Shown here in pieces: positions 9,120 through 18,885 of a DNA stretch of 52,781 nucleotides. The notes beneath the pieces are model-generated. The model ran no database searches and had not been told where the DNA came from. It saw nothing but the letters and a program-made list of their open reading frames with translations. The stretch lies in the IMG/VR virus record IMGVR_UViG_3300048834_000156, positions 1 to 52,781 of that record. One strand, written 5' to 3'. The first letter of the stretch is position 1; every line of letters begins with the position of its first letter. The DNA is from a virus (lineage: Duplodnaviria; Caudoviricetes). The position numbers and the translations under genes were made by a program.

Positions 9120-9340
9120 GACGGCCCGAGACGGGATCTCTGCCCGAGTGGGCAGAGATCACGCTCGCGCTTATGGTCCAGTCGTACGCGTCGCTCGGGC
9201 ACATAGACGCCGTGCTCGAAGCGCTCGACAAGGCTGCCGACAAGATCCGCGAGCGCATGCCCGACCCTGACGAGTGGGGGTCGCTGCCTTCGCAGCGTGA
9301 GAGCGCAGCGAAGGCAGAAGCGATGTTCGGACCGGCGTAG
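9029..9340 (+). CDS. Tail assembly chaperone -1 frameshift extension (gpGT-like)
   Basis: The -1 frame from the slippery site is open to TAG at 9338-9340 (GFPYWTALALFAWW...PDPDEWGSLP...AMFGPA) and fills the gap before the tape measure gene. Confidence 0.8.
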   Translation, partial: GFPYWTALALFAWWWHHRRWVAGAARLAGLRRPETGSLPEWAEITLALMVQSYASLGHIDAVLEALDKAADKIRERMPDPDEWGSLPSQRESAAKAEAMFGPA

Positions 9341-9364
9341 CCACCGCCGCCTAGGCTCCACTGC

Positions 9365-12184
9365 GTGATCGTCGGTGACGCATACGTCAAGATCAGACCT
9401 GACGGCCGCGGGTTCTCCGACGAGGCCGAGCGGTCGCTGCTCGGCTCGATGGGCTCCCTCGCCAAGAAAGCCGCCGTCGTGTTCGGGTCGGCGTTCGTTG
9501 CCGATCAGGCGGTGCGCGGCATCGCCGAGGCGGTCGGTCTCGCCTCTGATCTGAGCGAGTCGATGAGCAAGGCCGAGGTCGTGTTCGGCTCGGCGTCGGC
9601 GGCGGTCAAGGAGTTCGCCGCTGCTGCGCCTGACGCTCTCGGTCAGACCGAGGCTCAGGCGCTCGAAGCAACAGGCACACTCGGCAACCTGCTGCGAGCT
9701 GTGGGGCTCAGCGAGGAAGCGTCCGCGGATCTCTCGACGTCGATGGTCACGCTCGCCAGCGACCTCGCATCGTTCAACAACACCGAAGCGAGCGAAGCTC
9801 TAGACGCTCTACGCGCCGGGCTGGTGGGCGAGACCGAGCCACTCAAGCGGTTCGGCGTCAACCTCAACGAGAACCTGCTCAAGCAGAAGGCGTGGCAGCT
9901 CGGGCTCACGGACGGCTCGGGTGTGCTCTCAGCGAACGCGAAGGCGCAGGCGGCATACGCGCTCATCATGGAGCAGACGTCGCTCGCTCAGGGCGACTTC
10001 GCTCGGACGTCTGACGGGCTCGCCAACCAGCAACGCATCCTCAAGGCGAACGTCGATCAGGCGAAGGCGGCGTTCGGTGCTGGGCTGCTGCCGGTGCTCG
10101 AACGCCTCGCTCCGGTGGCCGGGGATGCTGTTCGCTCGCTCGCTCCGTTCCTAGAGCAGCTCGGCGCAGGGCTCGGCAACGCGGTGGCTGGCGCGGTCGA
10201 TGGCGTGACCGCTGCGATCGACGTCGTGGAGAGGTTCTCGGCGGCGTTGTCCGGGGTGAACGTCCCGGCGTCGATAGCGGTGGAGCTGGGCAAGATCTTC
10301 GGCTGGATGGAGGACAGCTCGCAGGTCGATGCGATGGCCACCGTGTTCGAGCGGCTCTCGACTGCTGGTGTGATCCTCACCGGAGCGCTGACGTCGATCG
10401 CTGGCGAGGTCACGACCCTTGCACCGTCGATGGAAGACCTCACCCGGATATGGACCGAGCAGGAGGACGTTCTACTGCCGCTCACCGCTGGCGTGGTCAC
10501 GTTCGTCGCTGCGCTCGGCACCTTGTCGCAGGTCAGCGGCGTTCTGTCGTCTCTACAGACCGGGTTCGCTCTGCTCGGCCCGGCGCTCTCGAAGGCGCTG
10601 GCACCGCTACTCGCCAACCCGGCCGGGCTCATCGTCGCCGGGATCGTCGCGCTCGGTGCTGCACTGTTCGTCGCGTACCAGAAGATCGAGCCGTTCCGTA
10701 ACGCCGTCGATGCCGTTGCTCGTGTCCTGCGAGACGTAGCGGTCGCTGCGTTCGATCAGGTCTCCGAAGCGGTCCGCAACTTCGGGCCCACGCTCGCCGA
10801 GCTGGGCTCGATGCTCTCCGGTGTAGGTGAGACCCTGCGGTCGTTCGCTGGGTCGGCCATCGACGCGGTGTCACCGTTCGTGGGGTGGGTGCAGGAGAAC
10901 GTGTTCCCGCTGTTCGCCGCGGTCGCTGACTTCGCCGACGCGCTGGGCGACAGGATCTCAGACGTTGCGGGCATCATCGCCTCTGTGGTCAGCACGCTCG
11001 CGCCGATCGTGCGGAAGGCGTTCGAGATCTGGTGGAAGGTCGTCGGGCCGCTAGTGACCGGCGTGCTCCGTCAGATCTGGAACACCATCACCACCACCGC
11101 CGCAGTTCTGACCGACGTTCTCGGCGTGGCGTTCGACGCGGTAGGCCTGATCGTCTCGACCGTGTTCAACGGGATCAAGGCCGTCGTCGAGTCGGTGCTC
11201 GGCACCTTGACGGGCGTGTTCACCGTGTTCGCCGGTGTCCTGCGCGGCGACTTCGGCAAGGTGTGGGATGGGCTACAGCAGATCGTGCGCGCGCCGCTCG
11301 AAGCGATCCTCGGGTTCGTGCAGTCCACGTTCGGCAACGTGCTCGACTTCCTCGGCACGCTGCCAGGTCGGCTGCTCTCGATCGGCTCGACCCTGTTCGG
11401 CGGGCTCGTGGACGCCATCGGCATCACGCTCGGCACCGTCGTCGGCGTGGTCACAGGTGCGTTCGGCGGGGTGCTCTCGTTCCTCGCAGGGCTGCCCGGC
11501 CAGATCGTCACAGCCGCGGGCGACCTGTTCGGGTTCATCGGCACTCAGGCGCTGAACGTCGTCACCGCGGTCGGTGAGACGCTCGCCTCGCTGCCGGGCA
11601 AGGTCGGTGAGCTGGCCGGGTCGCTGCTCACGCAGGGCGTCGAGCTGGGCAAGGCGGTGCTGAACGGCATCATCGCCGGGCTGTCTGGGCTCGCTGACCT
11701 CGCCGTTGGTCTCGTCGGTGACCTGACCAGCGCGGCCAAGGACATAGCGGGCGGGATAATCAACGCGCTCATCGACGGCCTGAACAGCGTCTTCCCTGAC
11801 GAGATCGGCCGTGTCGAGGTGGCCGGGTACACCGTGTTCCCAGGTCTGGACCTGCCAGACAACCCGATCCCTCGGGTCAAGCTCGCGCGCGGTGGCCGCG
11901 TCCGGGCCCGCGCCGGTGGCGTCGCCGCCACGCTCGCCGAAGCCGGGTTCGACGAGCTGGTCCTCTCCACGAACCCTGCGATGAGGCAGCGCAACGCCGG
12001 GCTACTCGCCGGTACCGGCATGGCTGACCCGCTCGTCGTGAACGCGATGATCGCTCGACTCGAAGCGATCGCCAACCGGCCGCGGGTCGGTCAGCTCACG
12101 CTCGCCAACCCCGGTCCGCCAGTGCGTCACGCGATGGACTTCCTCAGCGCGCTCGATGACGCCGAGTGGATGGAGAGCCTCTAA
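9365..12184 (+). CDS. Tape measure protein
   Basis: 939 aa, Ala/Gly/Leu-rich; 'IVGDAYVKIRPD' N-terminus, 'LASDLASFNN..GETEPLKRFGV'; periodic aromatic repeats. Confidence 0.95.
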   Translation: MIVGDAYVKIRPDGRGFSDEAERSLLGSMGSLAKKAAVVFGSAFVADQAVRGIAEAVGLASDLSESMSKAEVVFGSASAAVKEFAAAAPDALGQTEAQALEATGTLGNLLRAVGLSEEASADLSTSMVTLASDLASFNNTEASEALDALRAGLVGETEPLKRFGVNLNENLLKQKAWQLGLTDGSGVLSANAKAQAAYALIMEQTSLAQGDFARTSDGLANQQRILKANVDQAKAAFGAGLLPVLERLAPVAGDAVRSLAPFLEQLGAGLGNAVAGAVDGVTAAIDVVERFSAALSGVNVPASIAVELGKIFGWMEDSSQVDAMATVFERLSTAGVILTGALTSIAGEVTTLAPSMEDLTRIWTEQEDVLLPLTAGVVTFVAALGTLSQVSGVLSSLQTGFALLGPALSKALAPLLANPAGLIVAGIVALGAALFVAYQKIEPFRNAVDAVARVLRDVAVAAFDQVSEAVRNFGPTLAELGSMLSGVGETLRSFAGSAIDAVSPFVGWVQENVFPLFAAVADFADALGDRISDVAGIIASVVSTLAPIVRKAFEIWWKVVGPLVTGVLRQIWNTITTTAAVLTDVLGVAFDAVGLIVSTVFNGIKAVVESVLGTLTGVFTVFAGVLRGDFGKVWDGLQQIVRAPLEAILGFVQSTFGNVLDFLGTLPGRLLSIGSTLFGGLVDAIGITLGTVVGVVTGAFGGVLSFLAGLPGQIVTAAGDLFGFIGTQALNVVTAVGETLASLPGKVGELAGSLLTQGVELGKAVLNGIIAGLSGLADLAVGLVGDLTSAAKDIAGGIINALIDGLNSVFPDEIGRVEVAGYTVFPGLDLPDNPIPRVKLARGGRVRARAGGVAATLAEAGFDELVLSTNPAMRQRNAGLLAGTGMADPLVVNAMIARLEAIANRPRVGQLTLANPGPPVRHAMDFLSALDDAEWMESL

Positions 12185-12658
12185 GTGGACACGCTCGACC
12201 CGAGCTGCACGACCGGTGACGGTGAGGTGTTCGTCAACGGTGCGACCCTCCACCGGCTGGCGTTCTGCGTGCTCGACGCTTCACCGCTCGCCGACGGCAT
12301 CTACAACCTGCGCGGACAGAACCGGCTCATCCCCGGCGTGCCCGGCGAGCGCGCCATGCCGAAGCGTGCGACGACCACCGACTACGTGCTCCGCATGGTC
12401 GTGGACGGCCGCTACAGCGTGTCCACCGGCGCACCGATGCTCGACGAGATCCAAGGCCTACGGCTGGCGAAGGACTGGCTCAGAGGCAACCTGCACACGC
12501 CACCAGGTGGCACGAGCCAGCGCACGGTGCAGGTGGTGTTCCCGTGGGGCGGGTCACGGTCGTGCGCTGCTCACACGAGCATCGCGTTCGGGCAACGAGT
12601 CGGCCCGGTCCAGCGGGCGCTGCTCACGGTCAGTGTGCCGCTCGGGGTAGTCGCCTAG
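12185..12658 (+). CDS. Minor tail protein (distal-tail-like)
   Basis: Directly after tape measure gene; 'LRGQNRLIPGVPG'. Confidence 0.6.
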   Translation: MDTLDPSCTTGDGEVFVNGATLHRLAFCVLDASPLADGIYNLRGQNRLIPGVPGERAMPKRATTTDYVLRMVVDGRYSVSTGAPMLDEIQGLRLAKDWLRGNLHTPPGGTSQRTVQVVFPWGGSRSCAAHTSIAFGQRVGPVQRALLTVSVPLGVVA

Positions 12659-12669
12659 CATCCCGAGGC

Positions 12670-13932
12670 ATGTACCCGCACGCAGGCCGCTACGGCACCG
12701 ACTCGTTCGTTCGACCGTCAGGCCGACCGGTTCCAGCCGGAACCGCGGTGATGGTCTACGAGCGAGGCACGACCACGCTCGCTGAGCTGTGGACCGACCG
12801 AGACCGCACCTCCGCTGCACCGAACCCGGCAGAGATCGGCGAGCGCGGGAACTTCTACTTCTACGCCGAGCCCGGCATTTACGACCTGTTCGTGGAGAGC
12901 ACCACCGTGCGGGTGACAGCGGTGCCAGACCCGGCAGACACCGAGGGCGGCGGCGGTGGCGCGGTGGCGTCCGTGAACGGCCAGGTTGGCGCGGTGGTGC
13001 TCACCGCGCCAGACGTCGGTGCGGTGGCACCCGGTGACCTCGGGTCGGCGGCGACTGCTGACGTGACCGACTTCGCCACGGCCGAGCAGGGCACGAAGGC
13101 AGACACCGCGGTCCAGCCCGGTGACCTCGGGTCGGCGGCTACCGCAGATGCATCCGACTTCGCGAGCGCGGCGCAGGGCGGCAAGGCCGACACCGCCATT
13201 CAGCCTGCCGACATGCTCGCCGAGAACGTCGATTACCAGTACGACGTGGAGACCGTTCTGCCGGTCTCCACCGTGCTCGACCTCACCCGCAATGCGATCA
13301 TGGACCTGACCTCAGGCAAGGAGGACGTCGGGGTCGCGGCCGGTCGCTCCCTGGCCGGGCTACTCGCTGACCGCCCGTCCGCTGCGGGACTGTCCGACGG
13401 TGCCCGGTACTTCGCAGCCGACGACTCAGGTGGGCGTCTCTATGTGGCCCGCAGCGGAGCGTGGGCCGCTGCCGCGCCTCCTGTCGTTGGTGCCCGCACG
13501 CTGGCCGTGGCGAACCCGTCCTCGATCGCAGCGGTGTCGGTGGCAGCGAACGCTGTCCGGGTACCGGAGTTGACCACGGCCGCGTTCGTGATGCCGTCGT
13601 CAGGGACCGTGCTGGTGTTGATCCCGCCGCTCGGGATCACGGGCGCGGGCGCCGACGTCGACTTGACGACCGTGCAGGTTCGCTGGTCGACCAACGACTT
13701 CTCGTCGTCGCAGATCATCTATGAACAACAGGCGATAGGTAAGTCCGGTGCGCCGTTCTACATCGAATCTGTGTCGGGCGGCGCAGCCTTGCTGACCCCT
13801 GGTGGTGTTACGCCTCCGTCCGCTGGGGCGTCGGTGCGGGTCGGGATGTACCTGTCCCGGCCGGACACGTTCTCGATGACCGTCCTCAAGGTCGGGAACA
13901 TTCACCCGTTCCTCATGGTCCAGGTGTCGTAG
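12670..13932 (+). CDS. Tail fibre / minor tail protein with internal repeats
   Basis: 'VASVNGQVGAVVLTAPDVGA' fibre motif and 29-aa repeats; start reassigned to ATG 12670 after TAGCAT. Confidence 0.7.
   Translation: MYPHAGRYGTDSFVRPSGRPVPAGTAVMVYERGTTTLAELWTDRDRTSAAPNPAEIGERGNFYFYAEPGIYDLFVESTTVRVTAVPDPADTEGGGGGAVASVNGQVGAVVLTAPDVGAVAPGDLGSAATADVTDFATAEQGTKADTAVQPGDLGSAATADASDFASAAQGGKADTAIQPADMLAENVDYQYDVETVLPVSTVLDLTRNAIMDLTSGKEDVGVAAGRSLAGLLADRPSAAGLSDGARYFAADDSGGRLYVARSGAWAAAAPPVVGARTLAVANPSSIAAVSVAANAVRVPELTTAAFVMPSSGTVLVLIPPLGITGAGADVDLTTVQVRWSTNDFSSSQIIYEQQAIGKSGAPFYIESVSGGAALLTPGGVTPPSAGASVRVGMYLSRPDTFSMTVLKVGNIHPFLMVQVS
13021..13206 (+). repeat. 87-bp (29-aa) tandem repeat, about 2.1 copies
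   Basis: AVxPGDLGSAATADxxDFAxAxQGxKADT units start at 13021, 13108 and 13195. Confidence 0.85.
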
Positions 13933-14714
13933 TGCCCGAGTACGCGGCGCCCACAGCTGTGACCGCCATGTGGTCGACGCCGCACGTCGTCTACACCGAC
14001 GGCGGAAAGCCGTCAGGGCGGCCGGTGATCGCCATCCCCGGCTGGCCGATGAACACCACGATCCGCAGCTACCTCGACACCCCGAACGGACCGGGCGACG
14101 CCCAAGGCGTGATGATGACGCTCCTGGCGACAGGCCGCACCGTGATCGTCTCAGCGTCCGGGTCGTGCTGGGGGACCAACACCGACTACCCCGACGTGGG
14201 GGCGCTCGGCCGCGGTGTGATCGACTCGGCGATCACGCTCGCCGGGTCGCTCGGCTGTGACACCACCACCGTCGACCTGATCGGCGTCTCCCACGGCGGG
14301 TGCGTCGTCAGCAATTGGGCGTGGCGCAACCCGACCAAGGTCAACCGCATCTGGTTCCAAGCTCCCGGCTGGGACCTCTCCGACATCTACGACCGCGACT
14401 CCTACATCACCGGCCTCGGGCTGCCGTCGATCGCAGAGAACATGCGCGGCGTCTACGGCAGTGCCGACAAGACCGCTTGGCTCGCCGCCAGTGCCGGGGA
14501 GGACCCGCACCGCAACCTCGCCAGCCTCGCACCCATCGGGGTCCGGATCGCTGCCGTGTGCGCCACCAACGACGAGATCGTTGACTACGACGGGCTCGCC
14601 GCCGACCTCGACACCATCGGGGCGACGCTGACCACTCTCAGCTCCGGTGGACACTTCTTTGCCCGGACCGCTTCTGAGTGGTCTGATCTGGCGGCGCTCA
14701 GGTGGTTCGCGTGA
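13932..14714 (+). CDS. Alpha/beta hydrolase (esterase-like)
   Basis: Nucleophile elbow 'LIGVSHGG', acid 'NDEIV', His 'GGHF'. Confidence 0.8.
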   Translation: MPEYAAPTAVTAMWSTPHVVYTDGGKPSGRPVIAIPGWPMNTTIRSYLDTPNGPGDAQGVMMTLLATGRTVIVSASGSCWGTNTDYPDVGALGRGVIDSAITLAGSLGCDTTTVDLIGVSHGGCVVSNWAWRNPTKVNRIWFQAPGWDLSDIYDRDSYITGLGLPSIAENMRGVYGSADKTAWLAASAGEDPHRNLASLAPIGVRIAAVCATNDEIVDYDGLAADLDTIGATLTTLSSGGHFFARTASEWSDLAALRWFA

Positions 14715-15541
14715 GTTACGACGACGACGTGCTGGCGACTGCGCCTCTGGCGTTCTGGCCATCCGACGACGGGTCAGGTTCGACGGTCGTGGACGTCTCC
14801 GGCAACGGGTTCGACATGGCACCGGGGCCTGACTCTGAGCCGTGGCCGGTGTGGATCTCCGACGACACGTGGGGGTCGGTGCTCGACTTCGGGCAGTACG
14901 GGTGCTCGGCGCTGCCACCTGACGACGCGCCCACCGTGGCCGTGACGTTCGAGGCTGACCTCTCGTCTCATCCGGTCGATGTTGACGTGGACGAGTGGAC
15001 GATGGCCGGGTGGACGAGACAGCAGCCCGGCAACATCGGCGGCATCTGCGGTGCTGACTTCCCCGATGGCGTGTTCTTCTTTAACCTGGCATGGCTGAAC
15101 ACGTTCGAGATCGCCAACCTGTCTGCGAACCGTCCTGTCTGGAACGGGTCGGACTTCTACTACGCGACCGGTTCCAACTGGAACAGGACCGCATCGACGC
15201 TTATGGCTCCGGCCCTGCCGGATGACGTGTCGTGGCAGCACTTCCTGGTGGTGAACAGGTCGGCCCGCATGGAGATCTGGCAGAACGGCGTTCTGCTCAC
15301 CACCGACGCAACAGCTCAGACGCCGCAGACCTCGCCCGCCATCGGGTTCCGAGCGAGCGGGTTCGGTGCGTTCGCTCGCATGGCGATCTGGGACCGGGCG
15401 ATCTCCGAGGCTGAGATAGCCGTGCTCGCCACCCCGCCATCCCCGGTGCTGCCACCTGTGCTGAACACATGGGACGACTTCAATCGGGCAGACGGCCCGC
15501 TCGGGACGGCTACGCCGTCGGCGTTCGAGTGGGAGGCTTGA
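14711..15541 (+). CDS. Minor tail protein with LamG/concanavalin A-like domain
   Basis: 'PLAFWP.DDGSGSTVVDVSGNG', 'WQHFLVV..MEIWQNG', 'AIWDRAISEAEI'. Confidence 0.75.
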   Translation: MSYDDDVLATAPLAFWPSDDGSGSTVVDVSGNGFDMAPGPDSEPWPVWISDDTWGSVLDFGQYGCSALPPDDAPTVAVTFEADLSSHPVDVDVDEWTMAGWTRQQPGNIGGICGADFPDGVFFFNLAWLNTFEIANLSANRPVWNGSDFYYATGSNWNRTASTLMAPALPDDVSWQHFLVVNRSARMEIWQNGVLLTTDATAQTPQTSPAIGFRASGFGAFARMAIWDRAISEAEIAVLATPPSPVLPPVLNTWDDFNRADGPLGTATPSAFEWEA

Positions 15542-15544
15542 CCG

Positions 15545-17536
15545 GTGCTTCTCGGTACATGGGCGATCGACGGCAACTCGGCTGAGGTCACAGGGTTCGG
15601 CCCTGACGACCGGGCGATGGTGCTCCTAGAGACACCGGCTCTCGGCATCCCGCAACACACCGGCGCAGGCGTGACGCTCACGCTGCCGACCGGTACGCCT
15701 GGCTGGGGCGTGGGCATGTGTCTGCGCATGGACTCCGCAGGGTGGGGCACCGTCGTAGCCGTGAACGACGACGGCGACCTGATCGTGTTCCCGCACACCG
15801 ACGACGGGCCGCTCTCCGCGCTGGGGTCGGCGTCTGTCGATATCGGGCCGACGCCGCACACGCTGGCCGTGCGAGTCGTGGACGACCCGACCCTCGGGCC
15901 CAACAACATCATCGAGATGTGGTGGGACGGCGACCAGGTTGGCACGCTCGTCATGCCTCGCCCGTACGTCGTGGGCCGCAACGTCGGCTTGTTCGCATGG
16001 GACTTCGGCGGTGACGTCACCGCTGCTCGATGGGACGACCTCGGTGCAGAGCTGCCAGGTATCGACATGCCGTCTGTCCCTGCACCAGAGCTAACCGGTG
16101 GCGTCATGAACTGGCCGGTTCCGCCCGATGTGATCTTCGCGCCGTCGGTGCGTGCGCCTGACCTCACCGGTGGGTGGGCTCCGATCCCGCTGTGGTCCGA
16201 GCTGGGGCCGATCTTCCCGCCGTCGGTGGCTGCGCCGCCGCTGCTCGGCGGCGTGCACGCGACGTGGAGTGACACACCGGACCCGCCGCCGCTGCCCGGC
16301 CCGGACGATCCGCCGTGGCCGGACGGGTACCAGTTCGGCCCGCCACCGTCACAGCTACAGGTCGAAGGTCGGTTCGTGACTCAGCCGACGTGCCGCCCGC
16401 AAATGAACGGGCCGGGTACAGGTAGCTTCACGACCGAGCCCGAGACCGCACCGGCGCTCGGCGACGAGATCACCTACACCAGCGGTGGCGGTGCGGTGTT
16501 CACCGGGTACGCCGCGAAGATCTCGACCGTCTACATGAGCCGTGCCGAGGAAGCAGGGAACCTGGTGACGGTGACCACGCCGGGCATGCTCGGCGAAGAC
16601 TGGTCACGGACGGTCGTGTACCCAGACTTCGGGTCTGACGACCCGATCCGCACCGGGCAGCCGCCACAAGATGAGCGGGTCTGGGGCTGGCCCATGAACG
16701 GCCTAGTCGTGCCGGGGCTCACGTGGACCACCTCGGTCGGCGGTGACAACAGCCTGTATGGCACGCCGGGCGAGATCTTCCCGCCGCCCGACAACTGGCC
16801 TGATATCCGCTCTCGATGGATGTGGACCACACAGGTCGATGTGAAGTCACAGCCCGAGGGCTGGTGCTACTTCCGCAAGGCGTTCACCGCATGGCCCGGT
16901 GAGCACTCGCTGTTCGTCGCTGCCTACGACTACGCGCGGGTCTGGATTGACGGCGTGCTCGTGGCCACGTGCGACGTGCCCGGCGAACCGAAGCGCGTCG
17001 AGCTGCCCTTCGATTGGGACAACCACCTCATCGCGATCGAGGGCTACGCGTTCGGCGGCGGTCGAGCTGGCGTGCTGCTCTCGCTGCTCAAGCGCGACGC
17101 CGAAGGGTTCGGCGGTGTCGGCAACGGTGGCGAAGACCTGTTCAGCGATGCCGGGTGGAAGGCGCTCGAACGACCGGCGCAGTCGATGCGCTCGACCGTC
17201 GGGAAGGTGCTACGCCGTCTCGTGCGCGAAGCGGGCAAGCGCGGTGCTCCTGCTGGGGCATGGACGTGTTCGTTCACAGACGAGGCCGACTCGGCGGGCA
17301 ACGCGTGGGAGGCGGGCCCGGACGCTCCCCTACTCACGACGAAGGTCGGCATCACGTACATGGACGTCCTCGGCCAGTTCGCCGAAGCGCTCATCGACTA
17401 CCGGCCGCACCCGCGTGCCAAGGTGCTCGACGCGTTCGTCAAGGACTCCGTGCCCGCGTCGCACCCGGTGCCGTGGACCTACGGCGTCGATCACACGTCG
17501 GCCGACAGCTACGTGCTCGACGTAGCCTCAGGGTGA
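15545..17536 (+). CDS. Minor tail protein (tail tip/hub, carbohydrate-binding-like domain)
   Basis: 663 aa, Pro-rich linker, 'WCYFRKAF..AYDYARVWIDG'; in frame with the upstream gene. Confidence 0.7.
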   Translation: MLLGTWAIDGNSAEVTGFGPDDRAMVLLETPALGIPQHTGAGVTLTLPTGTPGWGVGMCLRMDSAGWGTVVAVNDDGDLIVFPHTDDGPLSALGSASVDIGPTPHTLAVRVVDDPTLGPNNIIEMWWDGDQVGTLVMPRPYVVGRNVGLFAWDFGGDVTAARWDDLGAELPGIDMPSVPAPELTGGVMNWPVPPDVIFAPSVRAPDLTGGWAPIPLWSELGPIFPPSVAAPPLLGGVHATWSDTPDPPPLPGPDDPPWPDGYQFGPPPSQLQVEGRFVTQPTCRPQMNGPGTGSFTTEPETAPALGDEITYTSGGGAVFTGYAAKISTVYMSRAEEAGNLVTVTTPGMLGEDWSRTVVYPDFGSDDPIRTGQPPQDERVWGWPMNGLVVPGLTWTTSVGGDNSLYGTPGEIFPPPDNWPDIRSRWMWTTQVDVKSQPEGWCYFRKAFTAWPGEHSLFVAAYDYARVWIDGVLVATCDVPGEPKRVELPFDWDNHLIAIEGYAFGGGRAGVLLSLLKRDAEGFGGVGNGGEDLFSDAGWKALERPAQSMRSTVGKVLRRLVREAGKRGAPAGAWTCSFTDEADSAGNAWEAGPDAPLLTTKVGITYMDVLGQFAEALIDYRPHPRAKVLDAFVKDSVPASHPVPWTYGVDHTSADSYVLDVASG

Positions 17537-18024
17537 TGTTCTCCACGACACGAGTGCTGATCCGATGGGCACGAGGGCTGATCTCCGTCGGCGACGATGG
17601 ACCCGAGCAGTTCGTAGAGATCGCCGGAGTGCAGGACTACGAGCAAGCCAAGCAGCTCGGCGAGGCGCTGCTCGAAGCGAGCAAGGGCACCCGGCAGACA
17701 CTCGCCGTGCAAGGCGGCGTATACACACCGGCGCAGCAACCTGGCGCGGCCTACGAGGTCGTGGACCGGATGGGCGTGTATCAGATCCAGTCCATAGCGA
17801 TATCGACAGACGACGAGGCGTACACGGTGGTCACTCCCGAGCTGGGAGACCCGAAACAGAAGCGGCTCGACGCGATCAACCGCAGGCTCGTGCGGGCGTC
17901 GGCTGGTGCGACGTCGGAGTTCGCTGCACCGGGCGCTCCGCGCCAGCCAGAGGGGCAGGGCATGGGCGGCACACCGCCAGAGTTCTCGACCACATGGGAC
18001 CGGGTGAGCGGGGGCAGCGCGTGA
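17536..18024 (+). CDS. Minor tail protein
   Basis: TGATG coupling; MFSTTRVLIRW...; tail module position. Confidence 0.6.
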   Translation: MFSTTRVLIRWARGLISVGDDGPEQFVEIAGVQDYEQAKQLGEALLEASKGTRQTLAVQGGVYTPAQQPGAAYEVVDRMGVYQIQSIAISTDDEAYTVVTPELGDPKQKRLDAINRRLVRASAGATSEFAAPGAPRQPEGQGMGGTPPEFSTTWDRVSGGSA

Positions 18025-18425
18025 CCGAGGTAAGCCCGCTCGATCCGACGCCGATCGAAGACCCGTGGTGGATACCGCCGCTGTGGCGAACGGCGCGCCC
18101 GTTCGCGCTGTCTCGGGTGACGGCGGCTCTCACGCCTGGTCTGGTGCCGTTGCCGTACGACCAGGAGTTTCGGGTTCAGGTCGTCATCGCACCGGACCCA
18201 GAGCAGCACATGGACGCCGGGTACTTCCCGATCGCCGAGCTGAAACTGAACGCCGTCGGGAAGCGGTCGGCGATCGTCGATATCCCGTGGCCGTTCGGTG
18301 TGCGCATGATCCCGGCAGGCTGGTGGGTGTGCTTCACGCACGACAAGAAGGGCGTGATACAGGACGTCTCGACGGAGTACCCGGTAGCGAAGCTGTCCGG
18401 TCGTCTCTACGGCTGCGATCTGTAG
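18021..18425 (+). CDS. Hypothetical protein (tail module)
   Basis: GTGA coupling; 134 aa. Confidence 0.6.
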   Translation: MTEVSPLDPTPIEDPWWIPPLWRTARPFALSRVTAALTPGLVPLPYDQEFRVQVVIAPDPEQHMDAGYFPIAELKLNAVGKRSAIVDIPWPFGVRMIPAGWWVCFTHDKKGVIQDVSTEYPVAKLSGRLYGCDL

Positions 18426-18440
18426 ACCTACACTCTCGGC

Positions 18441-18839
18441 ATGCCCGCATTCTTGCCGCCGTCGGCCCGTGACCTGTTCGCTGCTCGATGGATGACCGAG
18501 GACCACATCGTGGTGCTCTGCGGTGATGGGCACACGTTGAGCACCGCCACCGTCTACATGGACGAGCTGCTTGACGTGCTCAGCTCCGACGAGATGACCG
18601 GCGAGCAGATCGTGGGCAACGGTGTGTGTGACGCCGAAGACACGCCGGTCTCTGGCGTGGTGGCCGCGGAGACCGTGACGAGCATTCACATCGTGGAGGA
18701 CACGGGCGACCCTTCGACGTCGCCGATCATCTACAGCTCAGACATGCACACCGACGGCACACCGATTCTGAGGGTCTCGGACGGCAACGCGATCGTCGTC
18801 TCATGGTCCAACGGACCGGGCCGCATCCTGCAAGTCTGA
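18441..18839 (+). CDS. Hypothetical virion protein
   Basis: 132 aa acidic beta-rich ORF; TACACT 6 nt before ATG. Confidence 0.65.
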   Translation: MPAFLPPSARDLFAARWMTEDHIVVLCGDGHTLSTATVYMDELLDVLSSDEMTGEQIVGNGVCDAEDTPVSGVVAAETVTSIHIVEDTGDPSTSPIIYSSDMHTDGTPILRVSDGNAIVVSWSNGPGRILQV

Positions 18840-18885
18840 GAGCTATCACCGCGGCCCGGTAGGTCGTTCGCCTACCCTCTCGGGC

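Noticed and set aside
12741-12754. Extra operator copies at 12741 (AACCGCGGTGATGG) and 18847 (CACCGCGGCC)
   Set aside because: They lack the TAT arm and -10; CCGCGG alone is common in this genome.
12670-18425. Diversity-generating retroelement acting on tail genes
   Set aside because: No reverse transcriptase and no TR/VR pair with adenine-specific mismatches; the only repeat is an in-frame 87-bp tandem.
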